This document shows, piece by piece, positions 1 to 10,475 of a stretch of 64,000 nucleotides of DNA (positions within the stretch are counted from its first letter, which is position 1; each line of letters starts with the position of its first letter). The notes under the pieces are model-generated. The model did not search any database and had not been told where the DNA came from. It worked only from the letters and a program-made list of their open reading frames with translations. This DNA is from a virus, in IMG/VR virus record IMGVR_UViG_3300050120_000115, positions 24,954 to 88,953 of that record; one strand, given 5' to 3'. Both the position numbers and the translations under genes were made by a program.

Positions 1-8
1 GGGCTAGA

Positions 9-905
9 ATGGCTCGCGCCACTGGCGGGGTTTATGTTGATGGTAACGCCATCCAAAATCTCAGTGTAAAACTTGGATTAGTTCGTGAACGGCTTCTAGA
101 GCCAGGTCCGGCACTTAGCCAGATTGCTATTCTATTTGAGACAATGGAAGCTGCAGTGTTTGCTGGTCATGGGTCGGCTCCAGAGTTCGGCGTATCAGCC
201 GTATGGGCTCCATGGAGCGATGCAACAATAAGGCGTCATCAATACCCTGATGCTAGTGGTGGTGTTGGTATAGATGTGTTGGTTGGCTTCGGCTACCTAC
301 GCGCTTCCGCTATCAATCCCAAATATGGATCTATTGATTTTTTCGCTAAAGAGATTACTCTTGAGATTAACCCTAAGAATGCTGGGTACAATCGACCTAA
401 GGGTAATGCTAACTACGCAGCAATCAATAATCAAACTCGCAAGTTCGTACAGATAAGTCCAACGTTTCGCCTGATGGCAAATGAAATAGCTAAGCGCTGG
501 GTGAAGGAACCATTTAATAAAAGTGATGCAGCGGGTTTCAGGGCTAAAGGTCCAACCGCTCCAGCAATTCGTGACGAGCGCGGACGATTCGTTTCTAAAG
601 ATCATGTTCATAGTCGTAAATTCTCTGAAGTAAGCACCGAAGGCAAAGCCAAAGATTACGCTAACTTCGAGAATCGAAAGATTCGTGGAATGAATTTGGA
701 TCATCGTACCACCGAATCTAAAAGACTTCAACAGGAGTATAAGGATGTCGTGTCGGGGGCGAAGGGAAATTTCGCAAACGCTAGGGCTTATGATGCAGCC
801 GCTAAGCGTGTAGGTCGTTTTCATGTCTCTAACTTTGATGGTATGTCTACCTCTGGCCTAAAACAGTCTTACTTTTATAAGGCCAACAATCCAGGATTGG
901 GTTAA
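9..905 (+). CDS. Putative neck/tail-completion (virion morphogenesis) protein with basic C-terminal extension
   Basis: Lies upstream of the sheath. N-half resembles Mu gpG/P2 gpS-like morphogenesis proteins (W-APWS-AT...L...G-LR-S). Confidence 0.5.
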   Translation: MARATGGVYVDGNAIQNLSVKLGLVRERLLEPGPALSQIAILFETMEAAVFAGHGSAPEFGVSAVWAPWSDATIRRHQYPDASGGVGIDVLVGFGYLRASAINPKYGSIDFFAKEITLEINPKNAGYNRPKGNANYAAINNQTRKFVQISPTFRLMANEIAKRWVKEPFNKSDAAGFRAKGPTAPAIRDERGRFVSKDHVHSRKFSEVSTEGKAKDYANFENRKIRGMNLDHRTTESKRLQQEYKDVVSGAKGNFANARAYDAAAKRVGRFHVSNFDGMSTSGLKQSYFYKANNPGLG

Positions 906-907
906 TT

Positions 908-1588
908 GTGAGCACTACTCCCGTTACCCCCTGGTGGAAAAATTGGAACCTAGAGTACACCGACAATCAGTTCGGCCCCTTTTTTGGTGGTGGTTCGGTG
1001 CAGGAAGCATTCTACCAGACTCTAGAATTATGGTTTCCTACATATATCGCTGAAATGAATCGTAAACTCGGTGGAGAAATTCTAACCGATGTTCCTCAAT
1101 TTCGTACCGAACCAGACTATCGCTCACTAAGCAGTAGTCAGCAGTGCCAAATTCTAGTAAACGTTCCTCACACTGTTGGAACTCCTGAAAATTTTCAGGC
1201 CGGAGTCAGGGCGCAATGGCGAGTCAACGTCATGGTCTTCGTTTACGGTTCTAAAGACTGGCAAGAAACTCAAGCACTCACATACGCCTACGCCACTACT
1301 TTGCGTTCGCTCATTTTGCAGCAACGTGGACTAGGGGGTATCGCTCAAACCACTACGTGGGAGGGTGAGGAGTACTTAGAGGGCGAACACAGCTCTACTC
1401 GAACCACTGGAATTGCTCACGTTACTTTCGTTGTTACGATTGGAAACGTCAACAAACCTTTCGGTGGACTTCCTGCGTCACAATTTGCACCAGTAGGTGC
1501 CAACACGGGTCCGACACTTCAGCCCGTACCAGATCAACCCGACGTGGAAACTTACGATATTACTATAACAGAAGAGGCAATAGACTAA
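908..1588 (+). CDS. Putative tail terminator/completion protein
   Basis: 226 aa beta-rich ORF between the neck gene and the sheath; call is by synteny. Confidence 0.45.
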   Translation: MSTTPVTPWWKNWNLEYTDNQFGPFFGGGSVQEAFYQTLELWFPTYIAEMNRKLGGEILTDVPQFRTEPDYRSLSSSQQCQILVNVPHTVGTPENFQAGVRAQWRVNVMVFVYGSKDWQETQALTYAYATTLRSLILQQRGLGGIAQTTTWEGEEYLEGEHSSTRTTGIAHVTFVVTIGNVNKPFGGLPASQFAPVGANTGPTLQPVPDQPDVETYDITITEEAID

Positions 1589-1842
1589 TGGCAAATATTG
1601 ACATACGAGTCTCTGCGTCACATACAATTTTCGGTAATGAGGGACAACCTTTGAGCCCAGGTTTTGAGTACACCGTAAAAGATACTCCCCTCATTCAGAA
1701 TTATGCTTCAGAGGGAATCGTCTCTATCGCCCGCGCCGAAAAGGCAGAGGACGAAAAGACCGAGAAGAAGCCACTTACTAAAACTCTAACGGACCAGGCA
1801 ACTGTTCCTACAAAGACCTCCGAGGAGAACTCTAATGGCTAA
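1588..1842 (+). CDS. Hypothetical structural-module protein
   Basis: 84 aa, TAATG-coupled, directly before the sheath. Confidence 0.6.
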   Translation: MANIDIRVSASHTIFGNEGQPLSPGFEYTVKDTPLIQNYASEGIVSIARAEKAEDEKTEKKPLTKTLTDQATVPTKTSEENSNG

Positions 1843-3385
1843 CCAAGCCCCAGGCGTTACTATCAATGTCACCGCTAACGCTACGACTCCTGCCAACCCA
1901 ACTTCAACCTCTAACTGGTTCGTAGCTGGTATGGCTGCTGGACCAGCTGGTATTGCAGTTCCTATCAAGTCAATGAATGACTTCAATACCTACTTCGGCC
2001 AGATTGTTTCTGGTGGAGTTACTGGACGCTACATTCTTAACGCTAACGTTAGCTCTACCCTTCTTTACGACTCCCTTGACGTGTTCTTCCGCGAGGGTGG
2101 TTCTGCTGCGTGGGTTTCTCGTGTTGCCTCTGTTTCTAGCGGTGTGGTTGCTACTTCGACCACTACTGGCGGACTATTTTTGCTGACCGCCGCTGGTAGC
2201 GGAACGTGGGCTAACTCATCAAATGCTGGTGCTAATGGACTAATCCTAACCATTACTGGTTCTACCGTTAACGCTACTACTGTGTACGCAACGTCGCTGG
2301 CTTACAATGGAAACGTTCTAGCAACAGCAACCAGCCTAGGAACCAACACAGACATCGTTAACTGGGTGAACTCACTTCCTCCCTACATTTCAATGTGCGT
2401 GGCATCAACTCAGTCGGGCACCACCGTGCTGCCTGCCTCCGGTTCTTCGGTTTCCGTCTACATGACAGGTGGAACCGACGTAGCAGTTGCTGATGCTGAC
2501 ACACCTGCTGCCATCGCAGTCTTCACAGACATTCTCGGCCCTGGTCAAATTTCTTACCCAGGAAATACATCAACCACTACAGCTGGCTACCTGGTAAATC
2601 ACGCCTTGGCATTCAACCGTGTGGCACTACTGGACGCTCAAAACACTGCCACTGCTGCGACCATCGTAACTCAGGCTAACACCGTTCAATCAGCCGCTAC
2701 GGACCCTTCATATGCAGCTATGTTCGCTCCATGGTTAATTGTTCCGGGAATCGTTAATTCTAACCCTGCTGTTCCTACGAGCACGGTATTTAACCGTACC
2801 GTCCCTCCTGTTGCCCTGGCGGCTGCTTTAATGGCGAAAAACGATGCTTCAAATGACTGCAACGTATCCGCTGCTGGTACCACCAATGGCGCATCTACAT
2901 ACGCTACTGGTGTATCTCAGACCTATATTACTTCTGACCGTGCGCTTCTAAACGCATCTGGAGTTAGTGTAATCAAATTAGTTCCGAACATCAATGTTAT
3001 CGCCCTTTACGGATACCGTAGCCTTTCATTCGCTCCTTCGTTCGTTCCTCTTAACAATGTTCGTTTCCGTATGCAAATCATTCGTGACCTTGATGTCATT
3101 GGCGAGTCATTCGTATTCCAGGAGATTGACGGTAAGGGCCAATTGTTCGCAGCATTTAATGGTGCTATCGCTGGACAGATGAATGCTTACTGGGGTCGTG
3201 GATCTCTTTACGGGCTTACTGCTGACGAGGCATTCTTTGTTAACACGGGTACTTCTGTTAATACTCCTACTACCATCACGGCTGGTCAAATTATTGCCAA
3301 CGTTGGTGCGAAGTTCTCCCCACAGGCCGAATTCGTTATTATCAACGTTACCAAATACTTGGTAAGTTCCAACCTTCCGGCCTAA
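1835..3385 (+). CDS. Contractile tail sheath protein
   Basis: N-terminal APGV-I motif, GP...P..I.S..DF..YFG, and a C-terminal sheath domain (LYGYRSL...NVR...FVFQEID...PQAEFVII). Confidence 0.9.
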   Translation: MANQAPGVTINVTANATTPANPTSTSNWFVAGMAAGPAGIAVPIKSMNDFNTYFGQIVSGGVTGRYILNANVSSTLLYDSLDVFFREGGSAAWVSRVASVSSGVVATSTTTGGLFLLTAAGSGTWANSSNAGANGLILTITGSTVNATTVYATSLAYNGNVLATATSLGTNTDIVNWVNSLPPYISMCVASTQSGTTVLPASGSSVSVYMTGGTDVAVADADTPAAIAVFTDILGPGQISYPGNTSTTTAGYLVNHALAFNRVALLDAQNTATAATIVTQANTVQSAATDPSYAAMFAPWLIVPGIVNSNPAVPTSTVFNRTVPPVALAAALMAKNDASNDCNVSAAGTTNGASTYATGVSQTYITSDRALLNASGVSVIKLVPNINVIALYGYRSLSFAPSFVPLNNVRFRMQIIRDLDVIGESFVFQEIDGKGQLFAAFNGAIAGQMNAYWGRGSLYGLTADEAFFVNTGTSVNTPTTITAGQIIANVGAKFSPQAEFVIINVTKYLVSSNLPA

Positions 3386-3423
3386 CCAGCCCTAAACCCT
3401 TTCTAATTTCATAGGAGAAATAA

Positions 3424-3885
3424 ATGGCTGATCCTCTATTCAGTGCCTACGGTTCCGAACAACAGTGGCTTCCAAAACTTACTGTTATATCGCCTTTCAA
3501 AACGGGTGCCCTAGCCGGACTGGTTATAAACATCACTTTTGATAAGTTCTCTGGTGGAGACGTAACCGCAAATCCGCCTAAGTATCGCCCCGCAGGAATG
3601 GGTGACGAAATTTCGTACACGGCACTTCCAACTTACTCTGATGCCATGCTTACTAAAGCTTTTGAGCAGGCGGACCTTTTGACACAATCACAATTGCGTC
3701 GTTTGGCTGGTCGTGCCCAGGCTACCGTCACCTTGGTTCCCCTGGATGACACTGGTCTCGCATGGGGAAATAACCGTGTGTACAGCGGTCGTCTTGCTTC
3801 TGTCAAGGATGGAAACACTGACTCGACTTCAAGTGCTGTACGTAGCTGGGATGTAACTGTATCAGTGGACACCATTAGCGGTTAA
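3424..3885 (+). CDS. Tail tube protein
   Basis: 153 aa directly after the sheath, with AGGAG RBS; FDKFSGG...YRPAGMG pattern of myovirus tube proteins. Confidence 0.8.
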   Translation: MADPLFSAYGSEQQWLPKLTVISPFKTGALAGLVINITFDKFSGGDVTANPPKYRPAGMGDEISYTALPTYSDAMLTKAFEQADLLTQSQLRRLAGRAQATVTLVPLDDTGLAWGNNRVYSGRLASVKDGNTDSTSSAVRSWDVTVSVDTISG

Positions 3886-3907
3886 CCACTAAAGTCATTG
3901 GAGGAAT

Positions 3908-4489
3908 ATGACTGAATTTGTAATTGAGAAGCCGGAAGGCGACGCCCCTGAAGAATTGCAAGAAGATTTGGGTGATTTTGGAGGTTTGTACAAGACTCCA
4001 GAGGTCGAGGCATCAAAGCCAGCGACACCTATTTTTTCTTTAAAGAGTCGCCGTGCTGAAATCCTAAAGAAACTTCACATCGATCTTCGAGTACCTCGTT
4101 ATGAGGAGCCCGAAGTATGGGTACGTTTCTCTCCTGTGGACACCACGTTGATGAACGCATCGGTAACCAAGCACTCAAAGACCAAGGAAAAAGACTGGGG
4201 ACTAAAGGCCAATGCCGAAGTTCTTATCAACTCTTGTGTGGGTATCTACGCCGTTTTCCCAGAAAATCCTGATGAGAAGTTCTCACTACGCGAGGACGAG
4301 CCCAATGGTGAGTGGACCAAGTTCGATATGGCCCTAGCTAAGGCATTGGACATCATCCCAGATGAGCACGCTCCCGCCATTTCTGTTGTCCGCAAGTTCT
4401 ACTTTGCTGATGGTGACCTAGTTGATACTACGGAACGCCTTCTGCGATGGAGCAATGTTTCCAATAACGAGGCTGACACAGTTTTTTAG
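3908..4489 (+). CDS. Tail assembly chaperone (G-like)
   Basis: Between tube and tape measure genes; ends at slippery GTTTTTTAG. Confidence 0.75.
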   Translation: MTEFVIEKPEGDAPEELQEDLGDFGGLYKTPEVEASKPATPIFSLKSRRAEILKKLHIDLRVPRYEEPEVWVRFSPVDTTLMNASVTKHSKTKEKDWGLKANAEVLINSCVGIYAVFPENPDEKFSLREDEPNGEWTKFDMALAKALDIIPDEHAPAISVVRKFYFADGDLVDTTERLLRWSNVSNNEADTVF

Positions 4490-4713
4490 AAGCCCTGAAG
4501 GAAGATCCATTTATTGAGCAGGGTGCTTATGCACTAATGCACGGAATGGACCCACTGGAGCTTCTGGGACAGGGCAGAGATGAGCACCTCATTAGCTTGG
4601 CAATTCTCAACAAGACCATAGAGGTAAGTAGTAAGCAAAAATTCGAGGAGTACAAAATTCTCTCGCAACTTACTAGTTACGAACTGGCAAAAATTCTAAG
4701 CAAAATACTCTAA
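3908..4713 (+). CDS. Tail assembly chaperone, -1 frameshift extended product (GT-like)
   Basis: T6 run at 4482-4487 overlaps the TAG stop; the -1 frame is open to TAA at 4711-4713 (FLEALKEDPF...LSKIL). Confidence 0.7.
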
Positions 4714-4748
4714 CCAAACTCCGTCTTCATATTTTTAGGCGGCACGAG

Positions 4749-4782
4749 ACCGCTGCCCTTCGGGGTGGCGGTTTTCGTATTT
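4749..4782 (+). terminator. Intrinsic terminator-like hairpin before the tape measure gene
   Basis: ACCGCTGCCC-TTCG-GGGTGGCGGT stem with a UUCG loop, followed by TTTCGTATTT. Confidence 0.65.
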
Positions 4783-4791
4783 AAGGAAGTA

Positions 4792-7700
4792 ATGGCTGGA
4801 CCCGACGACATACCTATTGTAATTGGTGTAACAACTGGTGATTCCACCGAAGTGGTGGGGGCGTTGGATGACGCCGTAATTGGTCTAGAAGACAATCTTG
4901 GTAAACTAGATGCAACCGCCCAGGCGGCGGCTGGGTCTATAGATGAGGTTGGGGCTAGCGCGGGAGTCTCTGCAGCCAATGTTGACAAGCTCACCGCTGC
5001 CGCTGGAAAGCAATCTGGTGAAGCCAAGGCTGCAGCAGACTCCAACAAGGCTCTTTCGGACTCTAACTTGACCCTAGGTGATACCGCCAAGGGCGCGGCA
5101 GACAGTATCCTATCAGAAGCGGATGCAGCTAAGTTAGCTACGGCAAACCTACGCGCGCAGATGATTGTACAAGAAGAGCTTGCTGCAAATATGGCGGCAG
5201 CAAATTCAGCCCTGGGATCTGCTTACGTTGGAATGAGCAAACTAGAGGCTCTTGGTACCCCGGCTATTATGAAAGCCGCTACCTGGACAGTTCTGGGTGC
5301 TGGTGGACTTGCTTACGAGGGCATTAAGCAGTACATGAACTTTAATAAGCTCATTACTCAGACAGTCACTCAGGCTGGAGTGGCACCGAGTAATATGGGG
5401 TTCTTGAGCCAGACGGCTGAGAATATCTCAAAGCTTACTGGTGTTAAGCTCGATGACGTAGCTAACTCCTTGTATCGTGTGGCTTCTGGTACTGCTTCTT
5501 GGAATGACGGTCTTGGCGCGACGAAAAAGCAACTAGCGGATATTACTACCTCAGTTACCAAACTGCAGGTTCTGGGTAACGTTCCGGCTGGTGCAGCATC
5601 AGAACAGGCCGCTCGTGTTATTGTAGCACTTGTTAACTCTAACCTAAAGGGCGTAGGAACCAACCCCGCTGCTGCAGCGGCCCTTATTAACGCTGCCGTT
5701 GGTTCTGGTGACATGCGCCTTAATGACCTGGTTCCTGGTATCGGTCGAGGTGTCCTTCAGTCCGCTAAAGCCAATGGTATGAGCGCTAAAGACATGCTTT
5801 CGTGGATCGCCCTACAGACATCTATGGGTACCACCGCAAACGTTGCTGGTAACTATGTCAAGACTGGTATTAACCTTCTTGCCAACCCTTCCGCACAAGG
5901 TGTTTTGGCAGAAGCCATGATAGGGATCAAACCTGGAGAAATGCAGGGATTGATTTCTTCGAAGGGTGGATTGCAAGCTGCTGTGGCTGCATTTAATGCA
6001 GCGGTACAACACTTCAATCCTTCTACTTCTTTCGTTGGATATAGAACCAATATAGGTAATCCGCGTCCGGGGGGAACGGGAGAACAGGCAGCGATCAACA
6101 AACTCGAAACATGGGCTGTTGGAGAAATGCCTGCTGCGGTTCTGAAGCAATGGCAGCATGGTGGTAGTGCAGCTTCTGGTGGTCTAACTGCCGCTAACCA
6201 GCAATGGATTACTGACCTTATCCTTACCAAGGCGTTCGGTGGTTCCAAGCAGTTCGCTACGATTGCAGCCATTACAAAGAATCCTCAACTCCTGGCCGGT
6301 ATTGAAACCTCAATTGGTAACAAGTCTTCACAGGCATACTATAACTCATCTTATGCTATAGCAGAAAACACTCCCTCCCAGCGATTCGATAAGGCCATGG
6401 CAGCGTTGACCGTTGACTTGGTGAAGGCTGGAAAGGTTATGTACCCAGCCGTTATCAAGGTGGTGGATGGTCTGGTTTGGTTCGTTGGTAAAATACTATC
6501 GTGGAAGCCCGCTCTGTATGAAATAGGAGTTGCCCTAACAGCAATTGTTGGGTTTGCGGCCCTAGTCAAAGCCGCAGAACTTGGCAAGGGTGCCATGTCT
6601 ATCTACGGTGGGTTGCTAACTAGACTAAACCCTAATGGAACTAGCGGTTCATACTTCCGTAATGCCTATAACGTGAGTTCAGGAAAATCAACCCAGGTAG
6701 AATTGGGGGCTGCAGTTAGAGACCTTCAACTTGCTGAAGGAAAAGTCGCTACCGCTACCGTAGAGGGTGCTACAAAAACTACCGCTGCTATTGGCGAATT
6801 GATGACTTCTGCAGAGGCTGATACTGCTCGCCTGCAGACCACCATCATCGAGACTAGTGGGGGTAAGCTTGGGGGGCTAGGTCGTGGTCTTGGAGCAACA
6901 GGTGCAGGTGGGGTCGCTGGAGAAGAGGCAGGCGTTTTAGCCTTTCGTTCAGATATGTCAAGCCTGTACAAGAACGGACCTCAATTGGGACCGGTTTTTC
7001 CAACGCGTATGGGACCCACGTCACCTATGGAAGAGTTGGTTGGTCAGGGGAATAGTTACGGCGCAGCATCCTCTATACTATTCCAGAGAGATCAAGCGGC
7101 TATGCTATATCGACAAAAAGGGATGACTGCTGCAAGTGAATTTTCTGGAGTAGGTAACGGTCCTTCTGGATATCCAGAACCGTATGTACTGAACACTCCT
7201 GAGGACAAATTTCCTGGATTAGGATTATTGTCTACCGGAGCAAAGGACGCCTCTTCAGCTGCTCCGTCGATACTTTCTGAATTGAGAGGGCTGGGAGGAG
7301 GGGCGCTTGGATTAGTCGGTGGCCCAGTAGGGGTTGCCATGATAGCGGCAACCGTTCTTCCTATGGCTATGCCATACATGATAAAGGGACTGAGCCCAGT
7401 TATGGGATTCCTTGGCCATCTCTTCTCAGGGGGAAGAGCCGCCGCCGCACTACCTGTTCCTTCGGTAGTAAGTTATAACACGATACAAGATGCTACGCAA
7501 AAAGTAAATTCTATCAAGAAGTCTATCGCTGCTATGTTAAGTGGGGGGTTTGACCCTTCAACGGCTTCAATGGCTGAAAAGCTACAGTGGTGGAATTTGC
7601 ATCAAGATCTTTCATCTGCATTGGGAACAAAGGCGGTTGTTGCAAAACAAAATCCATATGCGGTTTATAAGCAAGCATATGCTTTAACTAACAACGCTAA

Positions 7701-8553
7701 TTTAAATTCTTTAATTTCTAAGACCGGTGCAAGCAGTTTCCTAAATAACACCACTTTGGTCGGTGGAGTAATGGCAAACTTTTCAGGAGCAGCCCTTACG
7801 GCCAGTCAGCAAGCTTATAAAGATCAAGTGTTGCTTGGAAAATCTATTCAGGGTAATACTCCTTGGGCTAAAGCCATTAGGGAAATGTTGCAGGGTGCTC
7901 AAGGTAAGGGTAAGAACTATCTAGGATTGTATGGAGATTCGGCTTCTCAAATACAAAGACTTATCTACGGGACAGTAGTGGGTGCTCACAACACTGCTCA
8001 GAATTTGTTGAATTCTGTGAATGGTGTTAAGTATCTTGGTGCAGGATTAGTAGACAAACACTATAATGATACTATGGCAGCACAAGGAGCCATTTCTCGT
8101 CAAGTGAACTGGGGAGCAGAAAATCAATTTCTATCAACCACTTCTCCAACCAAAAAATACAGTGCGTCTTTTCTGGAAAATAATGCTACTAATACAATAG
8201 CTACCGCTATAAAATTAGCAAAAGAAGATTTTACTAAAAGCCAGCAAACCTCTCTTGGCCCGGTGGCGGATAAAATGTACCTAGCGGCATCTAAAACCGC
8301 CGCCACAGAAGCCAGCAAATTTGAAGCACTAAGATCAGAAATTATTGCGAATGGGAAGAAAACAGAACTAGGTAGTAAAACTATTAAGGACATGACTGAT
8401 CAGATCAATAAGAACATGACACAATTATTCGATCAAAAAAACCTTAGTGCTGCGGCCTTCGGAAATGCGTTCGCCTCCGCACTGGCTGGACAAAGCCGTA
8501 GTCTTGCTGCAATGATTAACAAGGTGAGTCACCCTACCCAAACGGGAAAATAG
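4792..8553 (+). CDS. Tape measure protein
   Basis: ~1250 aa Ala/Gly-rich helical ORF after the chaperones. Start moved to ATG 4792, which has an AAGGAAG RBS. Confidence 0.9.
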   Translation: MAGPDDIPIVIGVTTGDSTEVVGALDDAVIGLEDNLGKLDATAQAAAGSIDEVGASAGVSAANVDKLTAAAGKQSGEAKAAADSNKALSDSNLTLGDTAKGAADSILSEADAAKLATANLRAQMIVQEELAANMAAANSALGSAYVGMSKLEALGTPAIMKAATWTVLGAGGLAYEGIKQYMNFNKLITQTVTQAGVAPSNMGFLSQTAENISKLTGVKLDDVANSLYRVASGTASWNDGLGATKKQLADITTSVTKLQVLGNVPAGAASEQAARVIVALVNSNLKGVGTNPAAAAALINAAVGSGDMRLNDLVPGIGRGVLQSAKANGMSAKDMLSWIALQTSMGTTANVAGNYVKTGINLLANPSAQGVLAEAMIGIKPGEMQGLISSKGGLQAAVAAFNAAVQHFNPSTSFVGYRTNIGNPRPGGTGEQAAINKLETWAVGEMPAAVLKQWQHGGSAASGGLTAANQQWITDLILTKAFGGSKQFATIAAITKNPQLLAGIETSIGNKSSQAYYNSSYAIAENTPSQRFDKAMAALTVDLVKAGKVMYPAVIKVVDGLVWFVGKILSWKPALYEIGVALTAIVGFAALVKAAELGKGAMSIYGGLLTRLNPNGTSGSYFRNAYNVSSGKSTQVELGAAVRDLQLAEGKVATATVEGATKTTAAIGELMTSAEADTARLQTTIIETSGGKLGGLGRGLGATGAGGVAGEEAGVLAFRSDMSSLYKNGPQLGPVFPTRMGPTSPMEELVGQGNSYGAASSILFQRDQAAMLYRQKGMTAASEFSGVGNGPSGYPEPYVLNTPEDKFPGLGLLSTGAKDASSAAPSILSELRGLGGGALGLVGGPVGVAMIAATVLPMAMPYMIKGLSPVMGFLGHLFSGGRAAAALPVPSVVSYNTIQDATQKVNSIKKSIAAMLSGGFDPSTASMAEKLQWWNLHQDLSSALGTKAVVAKQNPYAVYKQAYALTNNANLNSLISKTGASSFLNNTTLVGGVMANFSGAALTASQQAYKDQVLLGKSIQGNTPWAKAIREMLQGAQGKGKNYLGLYGDSASQIQRLIYGTVVGAHNTAQNLLNSVNGVKYLGAGLVDKHYNDTMAAQGAISRQVNWGAENQFLSTTSPTKKYSASFLENNATNTIATAIKLAKEDFTKSQQTSLGPVADKMYLAASKTAATEASKFEALRSEIIANGKKTELGSKTIKDMTDQINKNMTQLFDQKNLSAAAFGNAFASALAGQSRSLAAMINKVSHPTQTGK

Positions 8554-8566
8554 GAGTACCTAAGTA

Positions 8567-9340
8567 ATGACTGGATTTAACCCACAGCCACACCCAAGTA
8601 GAAATAGCGCTCCTCCTCTTTTGGCCAACAAGCGGACTCTTCTCACCCTTACTCCATTTTCCCCGAACAAGGTTTACCATCCTGTCACCATGGGTATTGC
8701 GGGACAGATTCCCCTAACCCAGGTATCTGGATCAGGTGGGTGGCAAATAGTTGACCGCCCTCGTCGTGCTGCGGCAACTCAGTGGTATGACCGATCTCCT
8801 TTTCAACTGGTCATTCCGGCAATAATGGATCAATCGGTAACGCGCTCTGCTACCACTCCCGACGAGGACGTTAACCAGTTGCTTTCGTGGCTTAGTGCTC
8901 CTGACGTTAATGCTACAATAATCCAACCTCCTACCATAAAGGTTCACGGACCCGTACTTGGTACGGAGCTGACATGGGTTTTGTATTCATTGGAACACGG
9001 GGACGCCCTGAGGGATTCCCAGTCGGGTCAAATAATCCAGCAGATACTTACCATTACTCTCTATGAGTATAACCCTCCGTTCCCGTCCTTAGCAACAGGA
9101 TCTGGTCCTGCTGCTACCGCCGCAAAATCCAACACCGGGGGCAGCACCAAGAATTACGTAGTGAAGGCCGGAGACACACTAGCAAAAATAGCCTCTCAAC
9201 AACTCAAGGGAGTCTCTCTTTCAAAAGCAGAATCAGCGATTATAGATGCCAATCGTGGGGACCCGTCATTGAACATGAGAAGTCCTGGACAGATTCTAAC
9301 AACCCTATTAGGAAAAACAATAAAGATACCGAGTAGTTAA
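8567..9340 (+). CDS. LysM-domain tail tube initiator/baseplate protein
   Basis: C-terminal LysM (YVVKAGDTLAKIA...N...L..P) directly after the tape measure gene. Confidence 0.8.
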   Translation: MTGFNPQPHPSRNSAPPLLANKRTLLTLTPFSPNKVYHPVTMGIAGQIPLTQVSGSGGWQIVDRPRRAAATQWYDRSPFQLVIPAIMDQSVTRSATTPDEDVNQLLSWLSAPDVNATIIQPPTIKVHGPVLGTELTWVLYSLEHGDALRDSQSGQIIQQILTITLYEYNPPFPSLATGSGPAATAAKSNTGGSTKNYVVKAGDTLAKIASQQLKGVSLSKAESAIIDANRGDPSLNMRSPGQILTTLLGKTIKIPSS

Positions 9341-9341
9341 C

Positions 9342-10475
9342 ATGGCTGCGTCAAAGACTATTCCAGCAGTGAATCGTTCAGCCACTTCTAACACTGGTGC
9401 CGTTCCATCGGCCTTCACTTTCCCCCAGTCCGCATCTGATACCCTTCTATCAACCATTGGATTTGGTAGCCTTAATCTTTCTGACCTTCTTTTTGTCAAT
9501 CCAGTTACTCAACAACGCTCAGAAATGTCTGATGCTTATCTTGAGGCAATTACTGACATAATTTATGAGAAGAATATGAATGGCGTAACCACGGTTACCC
9601 TTCAAACCAATGACCCTACTCGGGCGTTGCTTCGAACAGTGGTACAGCAGGGAACTGAATTAATAATTCAGGACCAGGGACGTGAGGTTCATCTATCGTT
9701 CACTCAAGAGACAAAAGCGTCTGACCAGTTGCAGCTAGCTTTTGAGTCAACAACCGTTTATCGTCTCTCTAATCAGCGAAACGCACCAGGAACAACTACA
9801 ACCTATACCTCTACTGCCGTTACTCAGTTCATGGCTTCTTTGGTGTATGCTCTTAATTATTCTGGCTCTCCTTACGCGCCGGTCAGTTTTGTTGCGCCGG
9901 ACTACCAAACAATTTGGGGTGAAATCAGCGGGTTCTTGGGGAAGGCTCCGCTAGCCGTAGGTCTAGGACGTGGAACAACAGTTGACCCATTCGAAGACTC
10001 CTGGACCTGTATGACACGAATCGCTTCCACCATTGGATGGCGACTTTGGGAGAATAACGGAACCGTATATTTCGGACCGGATGAATATTGGCTAGGAATT
10101 CTTACTGCTAGTCCGCAGGGAATCGCGCAGCCACCAGTTAATGTGGCCCTGGGCACGACAGGAACTAAGATACCGATTCTTAAAGAGTTCGGTCCAGACA
10201 TCATGCTTATTGATTACGACTGGGACGTTAACAAGCCATATGCCCAGGCCACCGTTACGTGCATGTTAGACGGGTGGACATACGACATCGGAGAAATAGT
10301 CCAGACCACGGGGTTGGGGCGAGCCGATGGATACTGGATGGTGTACGATATGCAGAGAGACTTCTACAATCCTCAGGCGACCATGACACTTCAGGTACCC
10401 ACGCCATATCCTGAACTTTACGAGCCCAACTCGCTTCCTCTTCCGGGATTTCCTCTTAGTGCAAAGTTCGTCTAA
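9342..10475 (+). CDS. Baseplate hub protein (gpD/gp27-like)
   Basis: Synteny; EDSW.C..RIA..IGW.LW...GT.YFG and GLGR.DG.W.V patterns. Confidence 0.7.
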   Translation: MAASKTIPAVNRSATSNTGAVPSAFTFPQSASDTLLSTIGFGSLNLSDLLFVNPVTQQRSEMSDAYLEAITDIIYEKNMNGVTTVTLQTNDPTRALLRTVVQQGTELIIQDQGREVHLSFTQETKASDQLQLAFESTTVYRLSNQRNAPGTTTTYTSTAVTQFMASLVYALNYSGSPYAPVSFVAPDYQTIWGEISGFLGKAPLAVGLGRGTTVDPFEDSWTCMTRIASTIGWRLWENNGTVYFGPDEYWLGILTASPQGIAQPPVNVALGTTGTKIPILKEFGPDIMLIDYDWDVNKPYAQATVTCMLDGWTYDIGEIVQTTGLGRADGYWMVYDMQRDFYNPQATMTLQVPTPYPELYEPNSLPLPGFPLSAKFV

